From Schizochytrium sp. TIO01 (Eukaryota > Protista > Bigyra: Labyrinthulomycetes): 64,000 nt of DNA. The stretch covers positions 2,046,001 through 2,110,000 of the forward strand of contig SMSO01000032.1 in assembly GCA_004764695.1 (NCBI GenBank), written 5' to 3'. Within the stretch, counting starts at the first letter, position 1. Each line of letters begins with the position of its first letter. The notes under the pieces were generated by a model. The model made no database searches. It had not been told where the DNA came from and was given only the letters and a program-made list of their open reading frames with translations. Positions 62,073 to 64,000 of the stretch are shown piece by piece. The translations under genes and the position numbers were made by a program.

Positions 62073-62753
62073 TTACTTGTGAGCTGCGCGAGAACGTGCG
62101 TCCCGAGCCTTATCTTTCATCAAATTAACGAAGAAGTCATAATCGGTTTGCGCAGCAATCATCTTGACGAGGAAGCAGGAACGTTGTCCTTTCTGTCGTT
62201 TTGACATCACGTTAGTGCATGGTGACTTGAATTCAAGAAACACTTAAACTTACATCTTCAGCGAACTTGCTAAGCTCCTCCCGAAACTCTTCTTGGTCTA
62301 AGCCCTGCTCCTCAACAAAGTCATTTAAGTAGCCTTCGAAAAGCTGTTCAAATTCTTTGAAAATATCCCAATAGACGAGCTTGTTTTCCTCCTCGTCAGG
62401 ATCAAATTTGTCGAGATGGTCCATGTAAAACTCATCCAACCCATGGGCAATTTTGGATTGGTAAAAGGGGTACAGATTGTCAATGACACTTCCCTTGGCA
62501 CGGGAGTCCATCTAAGTCATAAAAGAGCAATTTGAAGAGTGAGAACCAAACCATCAGAAATATTGATATATTCTTCGTTAGTGACCCCTTTCAATTTGCA
62601 AAATACATATAGAGATTGGGTTGACCTCTGTTCATAAAAACGTACAATTGACCCTAAATCACGGTGAGGACACTTCATATCTCCGCTTGCCTTACCACGA
62701 AAGGGGCACTCCCCTACTTTCCCTTCCGACATCTTGCCTTCATACTCCGACAT
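62073..62753 (-). CDS. BART-domain protein (ARL2BP/CFAP36 family), 161 aa; exons 62753-62646, 62511-62254, 62192-62073
   Basis: Two phase-0 GT-AG introns, each with CACTAAC; F...H.DKFD..EEENKLVY.DIFKEFE.L.E...AQTDYDFFVNLM is BART-like. Confidence 0.85.
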
Positions 62754-63854
62754 CTTGAAAAAACACCTCTACTGTAAACCTCTGCTACACAAAAGAGGGT
62801 GGAGTATTCTGGTTTTGCTCAGGTTCGGGATCTTCTGCGATAATGATGTCCCCCGGGTCCTTTTTTATTCAGTCTTATCCTGGGCTAACACCAGAGCCAA
62901 CTTTACTTTTAATCAAGAATGGAACCACCCATCCATAGTCTCACTCATTCCCATACATTCCAAAAAATTATACTAAATGAGTCCGCGCAAGTTATCATCC
63001 ATTCCGTCGTGAACACTATCTACTATAGCATGGACCATCCTGGATAGCGCGGAGCGACCTCCAAGACCCAGTCTATGAAGATCTCCGCGCACGGGTTCTG
63101 AGTTCCCGTCGAGGCAGCCCTGTTGCACACCCCTCCTTGGGAACTCGATGGGGACTCCCATAGGTACTAATAAATACCTTGTGAGGAGAGGCCTAGTGAC
63201 AATCCCTCTAAACATCTTCAGTAATAGCAAGAGGGAAATCACACTCCGTATGATTTTAAAACCTCAGTAACAAAATTCAAAAAGAGTTTGAAAAACTAAG
63301 AAATTCCTTCCACATCCCACACACTCCTGCAGCCCATTGTATGATAAAGAGTATATAAATAAACTCGCCGACACAACATATTTTGTGAGGAGAAGTAGAA
63401 TTTTGCCCCAGAGTTTCGCTTATTCACTCCTATCTTTCTTTCCCCTCCTGCGAGTTTTTTTGAGCTCGTACCTACATATTGCTAGATATTAAGAGTACCA
63501 AAGATAATTGAGATGGTCGATGCGACCATCCCAGGCGATGAAGAACAAGCCAAGAACTTTGCTGAGGAGAAGACGATCGAGTTTGATTGCATTACCTAGC
63601 TATTGAAAACCCTGTCGTTATTCGGCATTGCACCGCTTACTCACAGTCTGGCCATACGGTTATTGAATAGACAGACAAGGTTGGTAAATTGCGATCCTTG
63701 TCGTTGCAAGGTGGCCACAAGCAAGAACTACGGAAACAAGAAATTGGTTGATCGACTAAACGACGATAGTACACCTGTACAGGCACAGGGGAATTGTGTT
63801 TCTCAGAATAGTCGCTTGCAAGGTTGTTAAAAAAGAAGCAAAATTGCAAATTCC

Positions 63855-64000
63855 ATGATGGATTTTAACATGTTTGCTCTGCAACCCGGCCAAGACCCTC
63901 TATTGAAAGGTGCGGAAGTTCTTGAAACAGCACAAGTTAAAGAAAATGGCGAGCTCGCCATAAGCTGCAAGGACATTGCAGCTGCTGCACGGCGAATTGC
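63855..64000 (+). CDS. 5' part of a probable PLP-dependent serine/threonine dehydratase or serine racemase (runs off the window)
   Basis: MMDFNMFALQ...AISCKDIAAAARRI is open to the window end; 'DI..A..RI' is the usual first helix of this family. Only ~48 codons are visible. Confidence 0.5.
   Translation, partial: MMDFNMFALQPGQDPLLKGAEVLETAQVKENGELAISCKDIAAAARRI

Noticed and set aside
63603-63830. 75-aa ORF in frame with the dehydratase-like start
   Set aside because: TTG start, separated by a TAA stop at 63828, no recognisable motif; treated as 5' UTR or promoter

Overview
Eukaryotic genomic DNA. Evidence: GT-AG introns, a ribosomal protein eS27 gene, and SUN, ERLEC1/OS-9, TMEM94 and PACRG-like genes. 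The compact, intron-poor genes with CAA/CAG polyQ runs and flagellum-related genes suggest a protist such as a thraustochytrid stramenopile; this is inference, not certain. The window has two contrasting halves. Bases 1 to ~25,000 contain no credible protein gene: AT-rich blocks alternate with GC-rich islands and many long tetranucleotide microsatellites. This desert ends at a 1,070-aa polyQ protein carrying an internally duplicated ~200-aa module with BED-like zinc fingers, the most unexplained object in the window. Bases ~25,600-64,000 are gene-dense, with 15 genes: the polyQ/Zn protein, an unknown disordered protein, RPS27, a LAT/PUT-type APC transporter, PACRG-like, TMEM94/ERMA, a SUN protein, a claudin-like tetraspan protein, TMEM256/DUF423, ERLEC1/OS-9, an HSDL2-like SDR ending in AKL, a bacterial SohB-like S49 protease ending in ARL, a membrane-anchored DUF2252 protein, a BART-domain protein and the 5' end of a probable Ser/Thr dehydratase. 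Six introns were reconstructed by hand; five carry an ACTAAC branch point. All family calls come from recognising motifs, with no database search.
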